DNA of 64,000 bases from Octopus vulgaris (taxonomy: Eukaryota): assembly GCA_951406725.2 (NCBI GenBank), contig OX597831.1:9734001-9798000 (forward strand), given 5' to 3'. This document shows positions 39,210 to 53,009 of the stretch, in pieces. How positions within the stretch are numbered: the first letter of the stretch is position 1; every line of letters starts with the position of its first letter. A program made the position numbers and the translations under genes. The notes under the pieces are model-generated. The model made no database searches and had not been told where the DNA came from. It was given only the letters and a program-made list of their open reading frames with translations.

Positions 39210-42043
39210 TCTATAAAATTCACTTTGTGTGTGTGTTCCATCTATGCACAGCCAAACCGCTGGACCAATCTGTACCAAATTTGGTAAGAAGGTTTTACAT
39301 TACTCGAGGAAAAATCTGTGGGTGAGGCAGATTTTAGCCCTTGCTCATATAGGGAGGCTGTAGCCCACCCTCTCATATGACCCTTCCGATTTTTTTTCAG
39401 CAGATTCTTATATTTTCGTTGGTGGTGATTTCCAATTTGTAACAAACCATGTTTTCAAAATTTTGAATTCTAATTAAATTTTAAATGTCTAACATTTTTT
39501 ATCTTTTTTTTTTCAATCTATGTGGAAAAATATGGAGATCAAGATTATGGAGAAAATTATTTCAAATTTTCTATGAAGAACTCAAACATTGATCCACACA
39601 CCGCTTGTCACCTCATCCCGTTGTCTAAAACTGAAAATGAGCTACTAAAAAATAACAGCTAAATGTCTGGAAATATTCTGTGTCTGTGTGCCCGCGCGCG
39701 CAATGATTTCTACAGCTTATGTGAATGAACAGAGAGAGTAAACAGAAATGTGTTTTACATACCTGTCATATACCTCGGTTTTCTGTTCGCTTTAAGTGTA
39801 AACGATTTTCGTAGAAGAATATACGATATTGAATAATTCTACGTCTACGACCACACATCATTTTTCTTCTTAAAATACAGATAAACACTTTTAAATTGTG
39901 ATAATGAAATAAGGGGTTTATTCCTTACCGCCAAATTTAATTTCTCTTACAAAAGAGAGGGTGGCATTTTCTCTCTTTTTTCATTATTTAATTAGAAGAA
40001 AGATTGCAAGGTATGTAAAAATGCTTTTCTAGACAAAATTTTCGTGTACGCTCCTATCGTGCACGCATTCACATTAAGTCTTTCACACTAAGGTTGGTTA
40101 CTGATAAACATAATTGCGACTGGATAAAGATTTCATAAATATTGACAATAACGCCATACTCGCTAAATACTAACCCTAATTGTAACCCTAAACCCTAAAG
40201 CTGTTCACTGTAGGACTGGAGCTGAGCCCCTGCAACCTCTTCCGTCGCGGGGATTCTTCTCAATGAACTGGAATTACTATATTGTAAAACTGAAAATTCG
40301 AAGTTACACACAACATGTATAATTTTCAGAATAAGACTTACAACTTTTATTACATTGATATAAATCATTCATTCTGTCCTTTAGGTAATATACAATGTAA
40401 GATATATTTCAATTTATATAATAAATTGTATAAATTCGTGGAATAGACCTAATAAAATTAGTTAGAGTGCACTCGATATTTTATATTTAAATTATATTTA
40501 AATATGACTATTTCTACTTGGGTAGGAATTAGGAAATATTATATCTTGATAAACTTCCAATACATATTTGCATATGTTTGAAATAACTCGTCTTATTAAC
40601 TCTTGATATTTCACATTTAAATCCGATGTGAGTATTTATTCTTCGATTTAGTCTGAAAAATATTATATGCTGATAAATTACATTAATTATTTTTAATATT
40701 CTTGGGGCAACTCGGCTTATTAACATATTTCTATTTTAAATCAATTGTGAGTAATTATAGAGATTAATAAATATTTGGTGCTGATAACTAACATTACATA
40801 CTTATTTTTTTTTACTGCCCAGAAGTGGCTACAAAGCAAATGTCTCCTTCCAAAAGGAGTAAAGAAATATATTTTTTACGGAAATTCACAATCATATGAT
40901 CCCATGTGATCAGGTTTGACAACTATGCTGTTTGTAAAGAAAGAATACTCCCACATAAAGGTCTCAATGCCGTACATGTACATATTAGTAGACATTGGAA
41001 AGGGTTACAGGCGATGCCATGTACCCTACACGTGCCAAGCTAACTCAATTTCTCTTCCAAAAGAGAGGTGACAGTTTCTCTCGTTTTCAATATTAACTTG
41101 ATCGATCTGTCATTAAACCAGTATCTTAATTTCATTTCATACATACTTTGCAATCATTTATATGGAGCATTGCAACAGCAACGTAAGATACCCCGTGGTG
41201 AGATGGTACCAACGGTCGGTGATCTCAAAATGCATGTGTTTCCAAACATTGCACAAAACTTTACCAACAGTCAGTGGCTGTGTGAGCGAGCTATCTTAGC
41301 GCCACGTAATGATGCTGTCAACAAAACCAATTGGGATCCCTTGCAGCTGTTGCCAGGACAACAACAATCTTTCAAATCCGTCGACATTGTCATTGATCAC
41401 GACCAAGCTTTAGCTTATTGAACTGAGTTCCCGAACTCTCTACGGCCATCTGGGATCCCACCACACAATGTAACACTTACAAAGGGGGTCCAATCATTCT
41501 TCTGAGGAATCAGGATCCAATTTGCCTGTGCAATGGTACCAGACTAGTGGTGAAAGCCATGCAACCCCATGTCCTAGTAGCAGCAATCATCACTGGGAAA
41601 TATAAAGGTGAGGATGTCTTCATTCCACGGATCCTGTTTATTCCACCTGTGCTCCCCTTTCAATTTGAACGGCTCCAATTCCCTGTGAAACCACGTTTTG
41701 CTATGTCAATGAACGAATCTCAAGAACAGTTTCTCAATGTTGTTGCACTTAACCTTGCTTCTCCTAGCTTCTGTCATGGGCAATTATATGTCGGATATTT
41801 GTGAGTTGGAAGTCCCAAAACCCTGTTTATTTGTACCCCAAATAAAGGGCGGAATAAAAAAATATTGTATATTTAAAACTTCTATAAAATTAAACTGTGA
41901 TTAATTTCAGGATTTGTTTTAATAACTGTTTATACTCACGTGATCTGAATATATATTTTCTGAAAATATATTTTTATCGGAATCGTATCATATTTCATTT
42001 GACATCCTTTAAACTTCCGAGCAATGCCGGGTACTTAAGCTAG
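39210..42043 (+). mobile_element. Internally deleted Helitron with both termini
   Basis: A|TC start (TCTATAAAA..GTGTGT..CCAAACCGCTGGACCAATC..CCAAATTTGG), Pif1 helicase remnant, 3' hairpin CCGAGCAATGCCGG and CTAG|T at 42040-42044. Confidence 0.8.
41230..41830 (+). pseudogene. Helitron Pif1-family helicase C-terminal remnant
   Basis: WLCERAILAPRN, EFPNSLRPSGIPPH, LCNGTRLVV, GEDVFIPRI, FERLQFPV, AMSMNESQ, HGQLYV; one or more stops and a frameshift. Confidence 0.92.
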
Positions 42044-43347
42044 TGCTAAATGCAATAACTTGTCTCTTCTGTACAAATTACTCTTTCAATGAACGATATT
42101 TTCAGGAGTTCATAATATTATTGCAAAACCTTAAAGTTTTCGATTGTGTTCGATATATTTTCACAGTTAAGCTCGATGACAGCGCTCAGGCACGTTTTAT
42201 TGCATGAAATATTTCTAGTAGATGTTTTTAAGTTTCGGCCTACAGCTGAGATTGTCGACGCCATTACTATTGTTATGATTGAAGGTATATGACAATCAAA
42301 AACGATGAATTCAGAAATCCTAACAAATAATATAGAGAAAATAAAAGAAACGAAAATCACGAAAGATCGTAGTGGGAGCAAGAAATACGGGTTAGCCATC
42401 AATTGGTGACATCAAGCAGGTGAATGATAAAGCTGACACTAGAAAGCTGACGGGTAACAATGGATCACAAACTTCGCGAACGCGCACACACACGCAGATA
42501 TGCATGTGTGTGTGTGTGATTATATTAATCTTTGTTTTTTCTGATAGCTTAGATATAAAGACATTTTAATATTAAATCAAAAGAAAGCGGTGGGATGGCA
42601 GAATCATTAGCATGCCGGACAAATGTGTAGCGGCATTTCGTCCGTTTTTGTGTCCTGAGTTGTATGTTTTTACATATGTATATATGTATGAGTGTAACTT
42701 GAACGAACTTTCAATCAAGTATTATTAACCTTTTTCATGTATGAATTCTAGCCATTCTCTGAAATAACGAAAGAATCCTATACCAACTCTGTGAATCAGA
42801 AAATGACCAATAAGTCTTGAACATACAAGAAAAAAATACATTCATGTATTAAATATCTCGAGTCTGATCTCTTCTGGAGTAATGTTTAATTTGTTATCTA
42901 TGAAATTATCGTTAAAATAGCGAAAACTTATAATTTCATCAAATGTTACTTAATAATATATATCCGAATGCATTAGTAAACAAAACCGTAGAACTATGCA
43001 CGAATAGATACAACCAGGTATATATTATCGCAACAGAACCTAGCAAAAAGACATAGATATATTAAATAATAAATGGACGAAAGCATCCAAGAGTGAAGAG
43101 CACTCATAAAACAGAACAAAAGGTTCCTAAATAACCCCGAACACCACTGAGAGTTAGGATGTTTAAACACCCTTTTCCACTAGAATTGAGTTAAGAAAAC
43201 ACTCATGAAAATGAAAAAGAGAAACGGAATCTGTAAGAAACAACAAAATATAAATATTTCAATGTGAAGATGAACAATCTAAATTAACTGATGGCTAAGA
43301 TTTGCAATATAATGGAAAACCCTACGAGAAATTATAAATAGATAAAT

Positions 43348-43382
<35 letters not shown>

Positions 43383-43399
43383 AATTTATATATGGGGGA

Positions 43400-44045
43400 A
43401 AAGTAAAAATTAACTAGAAAATTCACCCTACGTATAAAAGAAATGGATTCTTAAAAAACCCCCAGATATATACATACAAATAAATGATATGAGATAGAAT
43501 TAAGAAGTATAAAAATCGTTATCATGACTCAATATAGAAAGTCATACCGGTTACGTCTTAGCTGTTCACTGATTTTGAATGTACACCGATTTCCAAACAG
43601 TGTTAAGTCTAATAGTACCTGAGTGAAAAGATTGCATGCAATCGTGTTAAGCAATTCTGAAAGTGATGCAGCTAAGGTAGATATGATTAATAGAGTATGA
43701 ATAGTGAAGGGGATGTATGAGGTTTAGTGAGATTATTGGTGTTATTAAGGTGAGTAGTGTCCTGTATTAAGCTGTATGTTCATGTTAAGTTGTGGTTGAT
43801 ATTTATTAATTAAAGTTGCCGCATAGTTTAGTCTTTGCTGCACCTAGGTGTTCTAGGAACATTGATAAAAAGGGAAAATTAGGGAGTATGGTTTAAGGTT
43901 CCTAATTCATCTCTATGTGCTCGATGAGCTGTATCTGTCTATATTGTGGGAAGCGGATTCGTTCTTTGTGAAGCGTCGTTCTTCGTCTGAGGGACATTCT
44001 ATGTTATTACCTGCTTAGGTTGCGGAAACCACTATATAGGCCAAA
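43400..44045 (-). mobile_element. Penelope-like element 3' part: GIY-YIG endonuclease remnant plus decayed hammerhead (43541-43620)
   Basis: Minus strand from 43997: MSLRRRTTLHKERIRFPQYRQIQLIEHIE...IFPFYQC...INKYQPQLN; plus strand 44000-44044 encodes YVITCLGCGNHYIGQ (inverted piece). Confidence 0.75.
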
Positions 44046-44117
44046 GACGATTGTCTATCGTTTCGCCTTCTTTCTTGACTTCGAGGGTCAAATGGGCATG
44101 CAACGTCAACTATATAG

Positions 44118-44119
<2 letters not shown>

Positions 44120-44159
<40 letters not shown>

Positions 44160-44166
44160 CATCATT

Positions 44167-44203
<37 letters not shown>

Positions 44204-44366
44204 CCACCACCACCACCACCACCACCACCACCACCACCACCACCACCACCACCACCACAACCACCACCACCACCACCATCATCATCACCACCACCACCAT
44301 CATCATCGGACCAGAGGAAAAATGACAAATTGAAGTAAAAAAATCAAAATAATAATATTAGTTTTG

Positions 44367-44425
<59 letters not shown>
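44120..44425. repeat. (TTA)n-(TCA)n-(CCA)n and (TAA)n trinucleotide arrays
   Basis: Directly visible. Confidence 0.95.
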
Positions 44426-44427
<2 letters not shown>

Positions 44428-44716
44428 AAGGAAGCGGTTGGAATCTCCCTATGCTCTGGGCGGTGATTTATTGTGAAACCATCTCTAGATGGGTTTACAA
44501 TAAAAACACTGGTAATTGCGCAATCTGATAATCGCTACCTCATATGAATGACAAGAAAAAATATATATTGTGAATAACGGTGGTAATGAAAATGAAGCCC
44601 TTGAAGGTGACAGTGTTCCACCCGGCAGGTGCACAGATACTGGTCCGACTCCAGCCTGTCGTTATCCAGCAAATAAAACAAACGATTCTGGATTATTATT
44701 ATTATTATTATTATTA

Positions 44717-46316
44717 CTTTTTTTCATCTTTCAAATTTGCTTCCATTTCTTGCCGAGTGTCTTCCCGACTCCTAGTGCAAAGAAACTCATAGTATACATT
44801 GGTAGGCCATTAAACCAAACTCAGTAGTTCGTTAATTTTTTTTTTTTTTAAGTTAAATTAAAATACATGAGCAGCAACAGTTCTCACATCGACAATGCTC
44901 TTCTCAATACGTGTGATGTACCAGTTAAGACAATCTTTTGCACTTCTTGCAGGGATGGTAAGCCAGGGATCATTCTCATATAATTTTCGGTTCCCTTCTT
45001 GATCATTCCTAGTGCTCCTACGATCACTGGTATTGTAACCGCATTGAGATGCCACATTTACTCAATTTCAATGAGTAGGTCTTTATATTTTCTGAGCTTG
45101 TCAAACTCTTTCGCTGAGATATTATGATCACAGGGGATGCTCATGTCGATCAATAAGCAAACTTTATTGTTTTGGTCTTTCACAACAATATCTGGTTTAT
45201 TGGCCTTGATGGTTCGGTCTGTATGTACTGGAAAGTCCCACAGAATGGTTACATTTTCTCCTTCAGTTACAGCCTCAGGGTGGTGATTATACCACTTGTC
45301 GGTAGTTTTGATATTGTAATGCCGACTTATTAGCCAGTGGAGATATTGGCCAAATCTGTCATGTCTTAATTTATACTCCACTGGTGCTAAGACTTTACAT
45401 CCAGAGATTAGGTGGTCCACTGTTTCAATCATATCGTTGCAGGATCGGCATTTTGGGTCTGCTCCATTTTTCATCACATTGGCCTGGTAGTTCCGGGTTA
45501 ATAGGCTTTGATCTTGAGCAGCCAGGATGAAACCTTCGCTCTCTGCTTTTAGCCCTGAGCTCCGTAGCCACTGATGGGTTAGCTTCTGGTCAACATCAGC
45601 TTGTTTGCTGCGGGTCACATATTTGCCGTGCAGAGGTTTCTCCTCCCACATATCAGCCAATTGCTCGTGCGCTTTTTTCGTTGCCATTATTTTCACCTTC
45701 TTTGCAACAATAGTTGCCGTACTTCCCTCGGCTTGTTCAGTTTGGGTATCCTGCACGAGATCAATAGCAAACTTTTTGCTTTCCTTTATGATAGAATGAA
45801 GCTTCTTTCGTCTTTCGTGATGTTCCACGAGCTTTAAAATATCGTTCTTCTCCATGAATGCATATGTTTTCTCCGCCAGGATAGATGTTAGGATTTTATA
45901 CGTGGTGGATAGACAGGTTATAGGCCGATAGTTTTTTGGAAGGTTGGTTTCGTTATTCTTTGGGAGTAGGTAAGTAATGTCACTTGCTAACCATTCAGGT
46001 GTTTTCTTTGGGTCTCTCATAATTCCATTGAGCAGCTGAACTAGCTTACCGTGTGCGCATGGGAGCGATGCGAGCCAGAAATTCGGCACCCTATCTTTAC
46101 CGGGGGATTTCCAATTATGGGCCTTCGTGAGTGCCTTTCTTAGGTCTGCTATTGTGATGTCTTCCCATGCTTGTTGTAAATTTTGGTAGGATCCTTCAGT
46201 TTGTATAATCCAGTCTGCATTTATGTTGTACGTCTTCTTGTCACTCCAAATCCTTTTCCAAAAGTTTTGAAATTCTTCCATGGGAGGGGGTCATTAACGG
46301 TTACTTTCTCCTTCCC

Positions 46317-46317
<1 letters not shown>
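44717..46317 (-). mobile_element. Young R4/Dong-type retrotransposon, 5'-truncated, RT core deleted in frame
   Basis: NWKSPGKD..NFWL and NYRPITCL joined to KPLHG, CRSC..ETVDHLISGC (CCHC), RHD, KPDI..LIDMSIP (REL); AAA to TAA at 45058; (TAA)n on both sides. Confidence 0.92.
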
Positions 46318-46391
<74 letters not shown>

Positions 46392-46556
46392 CATTATTAT
46401 TATTTTATCATTATTATTATTATTTTATCATTATTATTATCATTATTATTATTTTATCATTATTATTGTTATTATTATTATTATTATTATTATCATTATT
46501 ATTATTATTTTATCATTATTATTAACATTATTATTATTATTTTATCATTATTATTA

Positions 46557-46587
<31 letters not shown>
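46318..46587. repeat. (TTA)n array
   Basis: Directly visible. Confidence 0.95.
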
Positions 46588-46588
<1 letters not shown>

Positions 46589-46909
46589 GAGTGAGCGAGC
46601 AGAGCATGCCATCAAAGTGACACTGGGGTAAAATATACGAAGCCCAATATACCCATCATGACTACCCGTTGATAAAGGTACACCAGGCACATTCACAACC
46701 ATATGTGCGCGACATGGTGATCTCATATCAAGATAAACAGCACATGACCTTGCAGGTGGGGCCCAGTAAATTTTCTTCTGGTCGAGTAACCCATCCCACT
46801 CAAAAGGTCCCTGAATAAGGGTTGTTTAAGGATGTTGAACGAAATACCCATGTTTCCAGAGGTGAACTATTAAACCCCAAAGAATCCCTCTCAACACATG
46901 GCTATGATG

Positions 46910-46910
<1 letters not shown>
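46588..46910 (-). mobile_element. Non-coding element sharing its terminal ~120 bp with the R4/Dong 3' end at 52390
   Basis: TGAGTGAG..AGAGCATGCCATCAAAGTGACACT.GGGTA...CATCATG.CTAC...GGTACACCA.GCACAT is shared; sits within (TTA)n. Confidence 0.7.
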
Positions 46911-47417
<507 letters not shown>

Positions 47418-47628
47418 TAGCAGCCCCTTTTCCGGTAGCCAAATTCTACTCCTGTAGCTGTCATAGAATTACCGAAATTCTGCATTTGGCAATCGGAACT
47501 TGAGCAGGTCATGTTTCTCTAAATAGCCTGTAAAATTTTGAGTTCGAACAAACCGAATCATAATGTTGTAAATATTAATACACGGAATTCCTACTCAATT
47601 CGTTGTCTTTCGTTTCTCCACTCACTCG

Positions 47629-47699
<71 letters not shown>

Positions 47700-47739
47700 C
47701 AAGACCAACTTCTCCTGTTCCTCCGATCACCTTATCTAC

Positions 47740-48760
47740 GTTCTCACATGCGCTGGTTGCCACTGAGTGACCACATAGACTTATGTGCTAAAGACAAAAA
47801 TCCCAAATTCTACATATTCCCCTTTTACCAATGTAAAGGCGGAATCACCACACAGGAGATAATTAACAGGGAGAATCTCTTTATAGAAAAATTCAAAACG
47901 CATCTTAATAGGCAAACTCCTCGTTGATCATACATCTTTTTTCTACCTCATTCTTCATGGATGGACTAACACAAATATATAAGGATACCATGCAGTCATC
48001 ACCTCAAGCTAAAACTTATATTCTTTAAATATCATTATTATCATTGTTGTTATTATTATTATTATTATTATTATTTTTATTATATATGACATAACAATCT
48101 GAAATGTAATTATAAATTGGTTTATGCAAATTTATATAATTAGAAAACGATATAAATAAAGTGTTAAAATCTGAATGTTAAGTTAGCAAACAATTATATA
48201 AAAAAGATAATGCAAATGAAGCTAAAATGATAATTTTATAATTTAAGGTTTATTAACACCCTTTATAACAAAAAATTGACCAACCCAAATTAAAGAGCTT
48301 AAAACCCATAGAGTTGTCTCCCCTTATTCACAACACAGGAACTGGACTACTACTACTTCCTGTTTTGCCATGCACTTAAGCGACACTCTTAATTAAATTA
48401 AACAACACATGGATTCAATCCCATTAGATCTCAACACTTCAAGGTAACTTTTTCGTGAACAATCATTAAACTCAAGATACACTAAGACTTTACAATGTAT
48501 CGAAATACCTATTTTTTAATTTTTGTATATATTTATTTTTATGTTTTTGCAAAAAACAATGTTATTTTCTTTTTTCCCCCTCCTCACATTTAAAAAAGTT
48601 TCTTTTCTTTACAATTCTTGAAAAGTCAAATTATGGCGAAAACCGGTTTGAATTAATATATATTTATATATTTTATCAATTTTTCAAAAACTTTTCCATA
48701 CACCCATTTTCATAAAAAATTTCTTTCAATTTAGCATTCTGCCTTTTTACAATTTTACCT
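47740..48760 (+). mobile_element. Penelope-like element 3' part: GIY-YIG C-terminus plus decayed hammerhead (48613-48654)
   Basis: LPLSDHIDLCAKDKNPKFYIFPFYQC...RENLFIEKFKTHLN; downstream AATTC-TTGAAAA-GTC..GGC-GAAAACCGGTTT-GAATT. Confidence 0.7.
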
Positions 48761-48809
48761 TGCTTATCATTTCTCCACGTGCGGTCAACACAACCCCATC
48801 ATTTATTGA

Positions 48810-48845
<36 letters not shown>

Positions 48846-48881
48846 TACATATATATACATATAAATATACAAGCATACATA

Positions 48882-48948
<67 letters not shown>

Positions 48949-48958
48949 TATACATATG

Positions 48959-48990
<32 letters not shown>

Positions 48991-49011
48991 CATATACGTA
49001 TATACATATAC

Positions 49012-49049
<38 letters not shown>

Positions 49050-49839
49050 ATATATATACACTCACACATGCTAAAAACAAGCAAATTCCAACGTAATCGT
49101 GAACGTAGTCAATTTCCTTTTACGTAGAACATGTCATTACGACATCGTCGTGTCAGTTGACCACCCATTTCAAAGAAGTACCATTAGAGTACATTATAAG
49201 AGTGTGTGGAACATACTTCAAAGAAACTTCTCATTAGCCGTTAACGCTTTCGACTTGTGTAATAGTCTGGACAAAAAAAAATAAAAAAAGTAAGTAAATT
49301 TTCTGTAAAATATTCATTAATAACAAAATACAAACCAATAACAGCGTTGTGGCTACAGAGCACATAAATGGAGGCATAAAAATGGAGGCATAAAAAACTT
49401 GTTTTTACTAAACACGCATAAGGAAAAAATAACGAATTCTGGCAAATACGATGAAAGTGAAAGAGTATTCAGCAATAATCAGCTAATATTCGGCAATAAA
49501 ATTAAACTGAAGGTATTTTTGTTGTGTGAACTTATTTAGATTTGGTTTCTATATTGAGAAATGACTGAACTCTCGAAAGATGAGCGCCTGTGAGATTTAT
49601 AGCCATCATTAACTGAAAAACTGTGACTGGAAGTAACCACACTTTTGTACAGGTTATTTGCACTATAGCGTTTGATATCGAAATTTCGCTTCGGATTTCA
49701 AACATTTACAAATAAATCATTTCGAACTTTCAATAAAATTTTTACTCTGGTTCTTTCCAGATACATTTAATTACTATTTCCAAGTAATCTTACAATGCAT
49801 GTTCGCATACCCCACACACGTGTAGGAATATATGTATCC

Positions 49840-49840
<1 letters not shown>

Positions 49841-49914
<74 letters not shown>

Positions 49915-49991
49915 ATATATATATATATATACACATATATACATATACATATATATACATATATATATATACATATATATACATATATATA

Positions 49992-50024
<33 letters not shown>

Positions 50025-50226
50025 CACACACATATATATATACATATACATATATATATATATACACATACATATATATACATACATATACATATATATA
50101 TATATACATATATATATACATATATATATATACATACATACGTCCATATATATATATATACATACATATATATATACACTTACATATATATATACATACA
50201 TACATACATATATATATATATGTATG

Positions 50227-50262
<36 letters not shown>

Positions 50263-50420
50263 CATACATATATATATATATACATACATATATATATATA
50301 CATACATACATACATACATATATATATATATATACACTTACATACATATATATACATACATACATATACATATATATATATACATATACACAAGTGTATA
50401 TATGTGTGTGTATGTATATA
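49841..50420. repeat. (TA)n/(TACA)n microsatellite
   Basis: Directly visible. Confidence 0.95.
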
Positions 50421-51044
50421 CGCGCCGCTGTGCGTGTGTCTGAATATTCATGTAAGTGGTTTCGCTCTTTGCTTCAAAATTTAGTTGAAACATTTAGTTA
50501 GAGTTTTTATTTCATTGACGTATTTCTGGATAATGACTTTTTTTTATCCTGAGATTCTGCTTTCAATTATGGATACTTCAAAAGCAAAGAATCCTGAAGC
50601 TGAATAAAAGCAACTCTAAACCAGACGGGGGGGGGAGGATTTTATGAGATACAGACACCATTTCCTTCACATCACCATTTCCTTCACATCACCTTCAACA
50701 TAATGTTGACAAGCTGTAACCAAAAGGATCCAGGAAGGTCAACGCAAAGGTCATCGTTCGAAACTGGAAATAGATAAGTTACAAGAACACAAAAGGAAAA
50801 AAAAAATTATTTACAAAATATTTAAACTCGAGCACAGCCGCGATTTCAGTATAAGGTGCTGCAGAGAAAATATGATACCTTGGCGTATATTTCCAGTCTC
50901 ATGCACATACAGACACGCAGACGCACGCACGCGCACACTGACGCGCAGACGCGTGCGCGCACACACGTTGTATGAGTTTGTGTCTCTGTATGCGTGTGAA
51001 AATATGTATTTGAACGTGTGCTTGTATATATATACACACACAAT

Positions 51045-51092
<48 letters not shown>

Positions 51093-51144
51093 CATATTCA
51101 TGTGTGTGTGGTGTGTATGTACACACACACACACACACAGATAT

Positions 51145-51179
<35 letters not shown>

Positions 51180-51365
51180 CATATGTATGTGTGTGTGGTG
51201 TGTATGTACACACATACACACACATATATATATAACTCTGTGTATCCATAATGTATATACATAAATGATGTATATATATATATGTAAGTATATTTATCAA
51301 GCAATCAATCGGTCTATCCATAGATCTCTCTTTCTTTCTCTCTCTCTCTCTCTAAATATATATAT

Positions 51366-51396
<31 letters not shown>

Positions 51397-52281
51397 CATG
51401 CACACACTATTATACAGAAAGCAACATGAAGTATAGCGTCAGAACATCAGTAGCAGCGAATGCCTATAACCCCGTACTGCCAAAATGAAAACAGAAAATT
51501 AAATAAAAATATTACATAGTTCACGGCTGTAAAACTCCACACTAACCATTTGTATGACACCGACTAAGTTGAAAGAAACTAGAGGCGTATGATGTATGAA
51601 CGTGTGATAACCTATGAAATCAGACAACTCTCGAACCTCGATGATGATACAGTTCAAGCAAAAATTATCAATGAATAACCGAATAAAAAAGAAAAGCATA
51701 TAAAATCAGAACGAATGAAAGAACTGAAACAAATCCACAAATACGAGACGGTTGCAAGAGTTCAGTAAACAATTGTTGTCGATGCGGGAAGTTTCGACAA
51801 GCAAAACAAAATAATGAATAATATTAACATTTATATAATTAAGGTGCTTGCCCTGTTTATGACTTTCGCTTTCAACATATATTTGTAAGCGCTTAGACAG
51901 AAAGTTTTATAGCGCAGACAAAGACACAAACAATAATACGCGTGTGTGTGTGTGTGTGTATGTGTGTGCTCGTGGATATGTGCGTGTGAACGTGCAGCTC
52001 CTCGATGTCAGGGTGTTACATTCGTATTTTCAAGATCCTAGTTTCGACTATCAGACCGGTGGTGTGTTGTGGTCTTGAGGAAAAAAAATAACTTCATTTC
52101 ACGCTGCTTCCGCCCACTCAGCGTTAGGTGGGCGAAAATATACGACAGAATCGTACCCTGAGCAGGAGGAAATGTTGCCCTACCCACCTAGCCAGCTATT
52201 TGCCATCAACCGAAGTCTACGACATAGCGACGAAGGAGGGCAATGTATATTACCACGCAGTAACGCCTTGACACACACACT

Positions 52282-52312
<31 letters not shown>

Positions 52313-52389
52313 CCACAGACACACACACACACGCACACAAGTATGTATGTATGCAAATATATTGGCATGCATGTGTATATTTATTTTTA

Positions 52390-52876
52390 TTGAGTGAGAG
52401 TGAAGAGCATGCCATCAAAGTGACACTAGGGTACAAATATGCAAATATACTGGGATATAAATGTACCTATCATGGCTACTTGTCTGAGAAGGGTACACCA
52501 AGCACATGCATCACAGAGTAGCGAAACATGCATCGAAGTCTTTAGTCATTTGTCAAGTTATAACAAGGACCTCAGACAGATAATACTTTCCTTAAGATAT
52601 GCGCTGCGCCCAATAAGGCCGCTTTTTGCATGGACTTTTTAGTTGCTTTAAGAAGTATTGAAGTTTCAATGGGATTGAGCCCAACGCTCCGATCACCACT
52701 GGTATCACTTATACATTACCCTCTCGCATTCCACACAGTCTTGCCATTTCCACTTTCAATTCGGAGTACTTGGTGATTTTTTTCAACCTCTTTACTCTCA
52801 ACAGTTATGTCATTTGGTATGGCTACATCAATGGTCTGACTGTATTTGTCTCATTCAACATGAAAAATACGGCAGA
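52390..52876 (-). mobile_element. R4/Dong-type 3' fragment (third family) with 3'UTR
   Basis: IDVAIPND..KEVEK..KYSELKVEMARL..VIPVVIGALGSIP..QKAALLGAAHILRKVLSV*. Confidence 0.8.
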
Positions 52877-52995
52877 TTCTTCTTCTTCTTCTTCTTCTTC
52901 TTCTTCTTCTTCTTCTTCTTCTTCTTCTTCTTCTTCTTCTTCTTCTTCTTCTTCTTCTTCTTCTTCTTCTTCTTCTTCTTCTTCTTCTTCTTCTC
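52877..52995. repeat. (TTC)n array
   Basis: Directly visible. Confidence 0.95.
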
Positions 52996-53009
52996 ATTAT
53001 TATTATTAT

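Noticed and set aside
40171-40197. Telomere or interstitial telomeric array
   Set aside because: Only three degenerate TAACCC units inside a Helitron.
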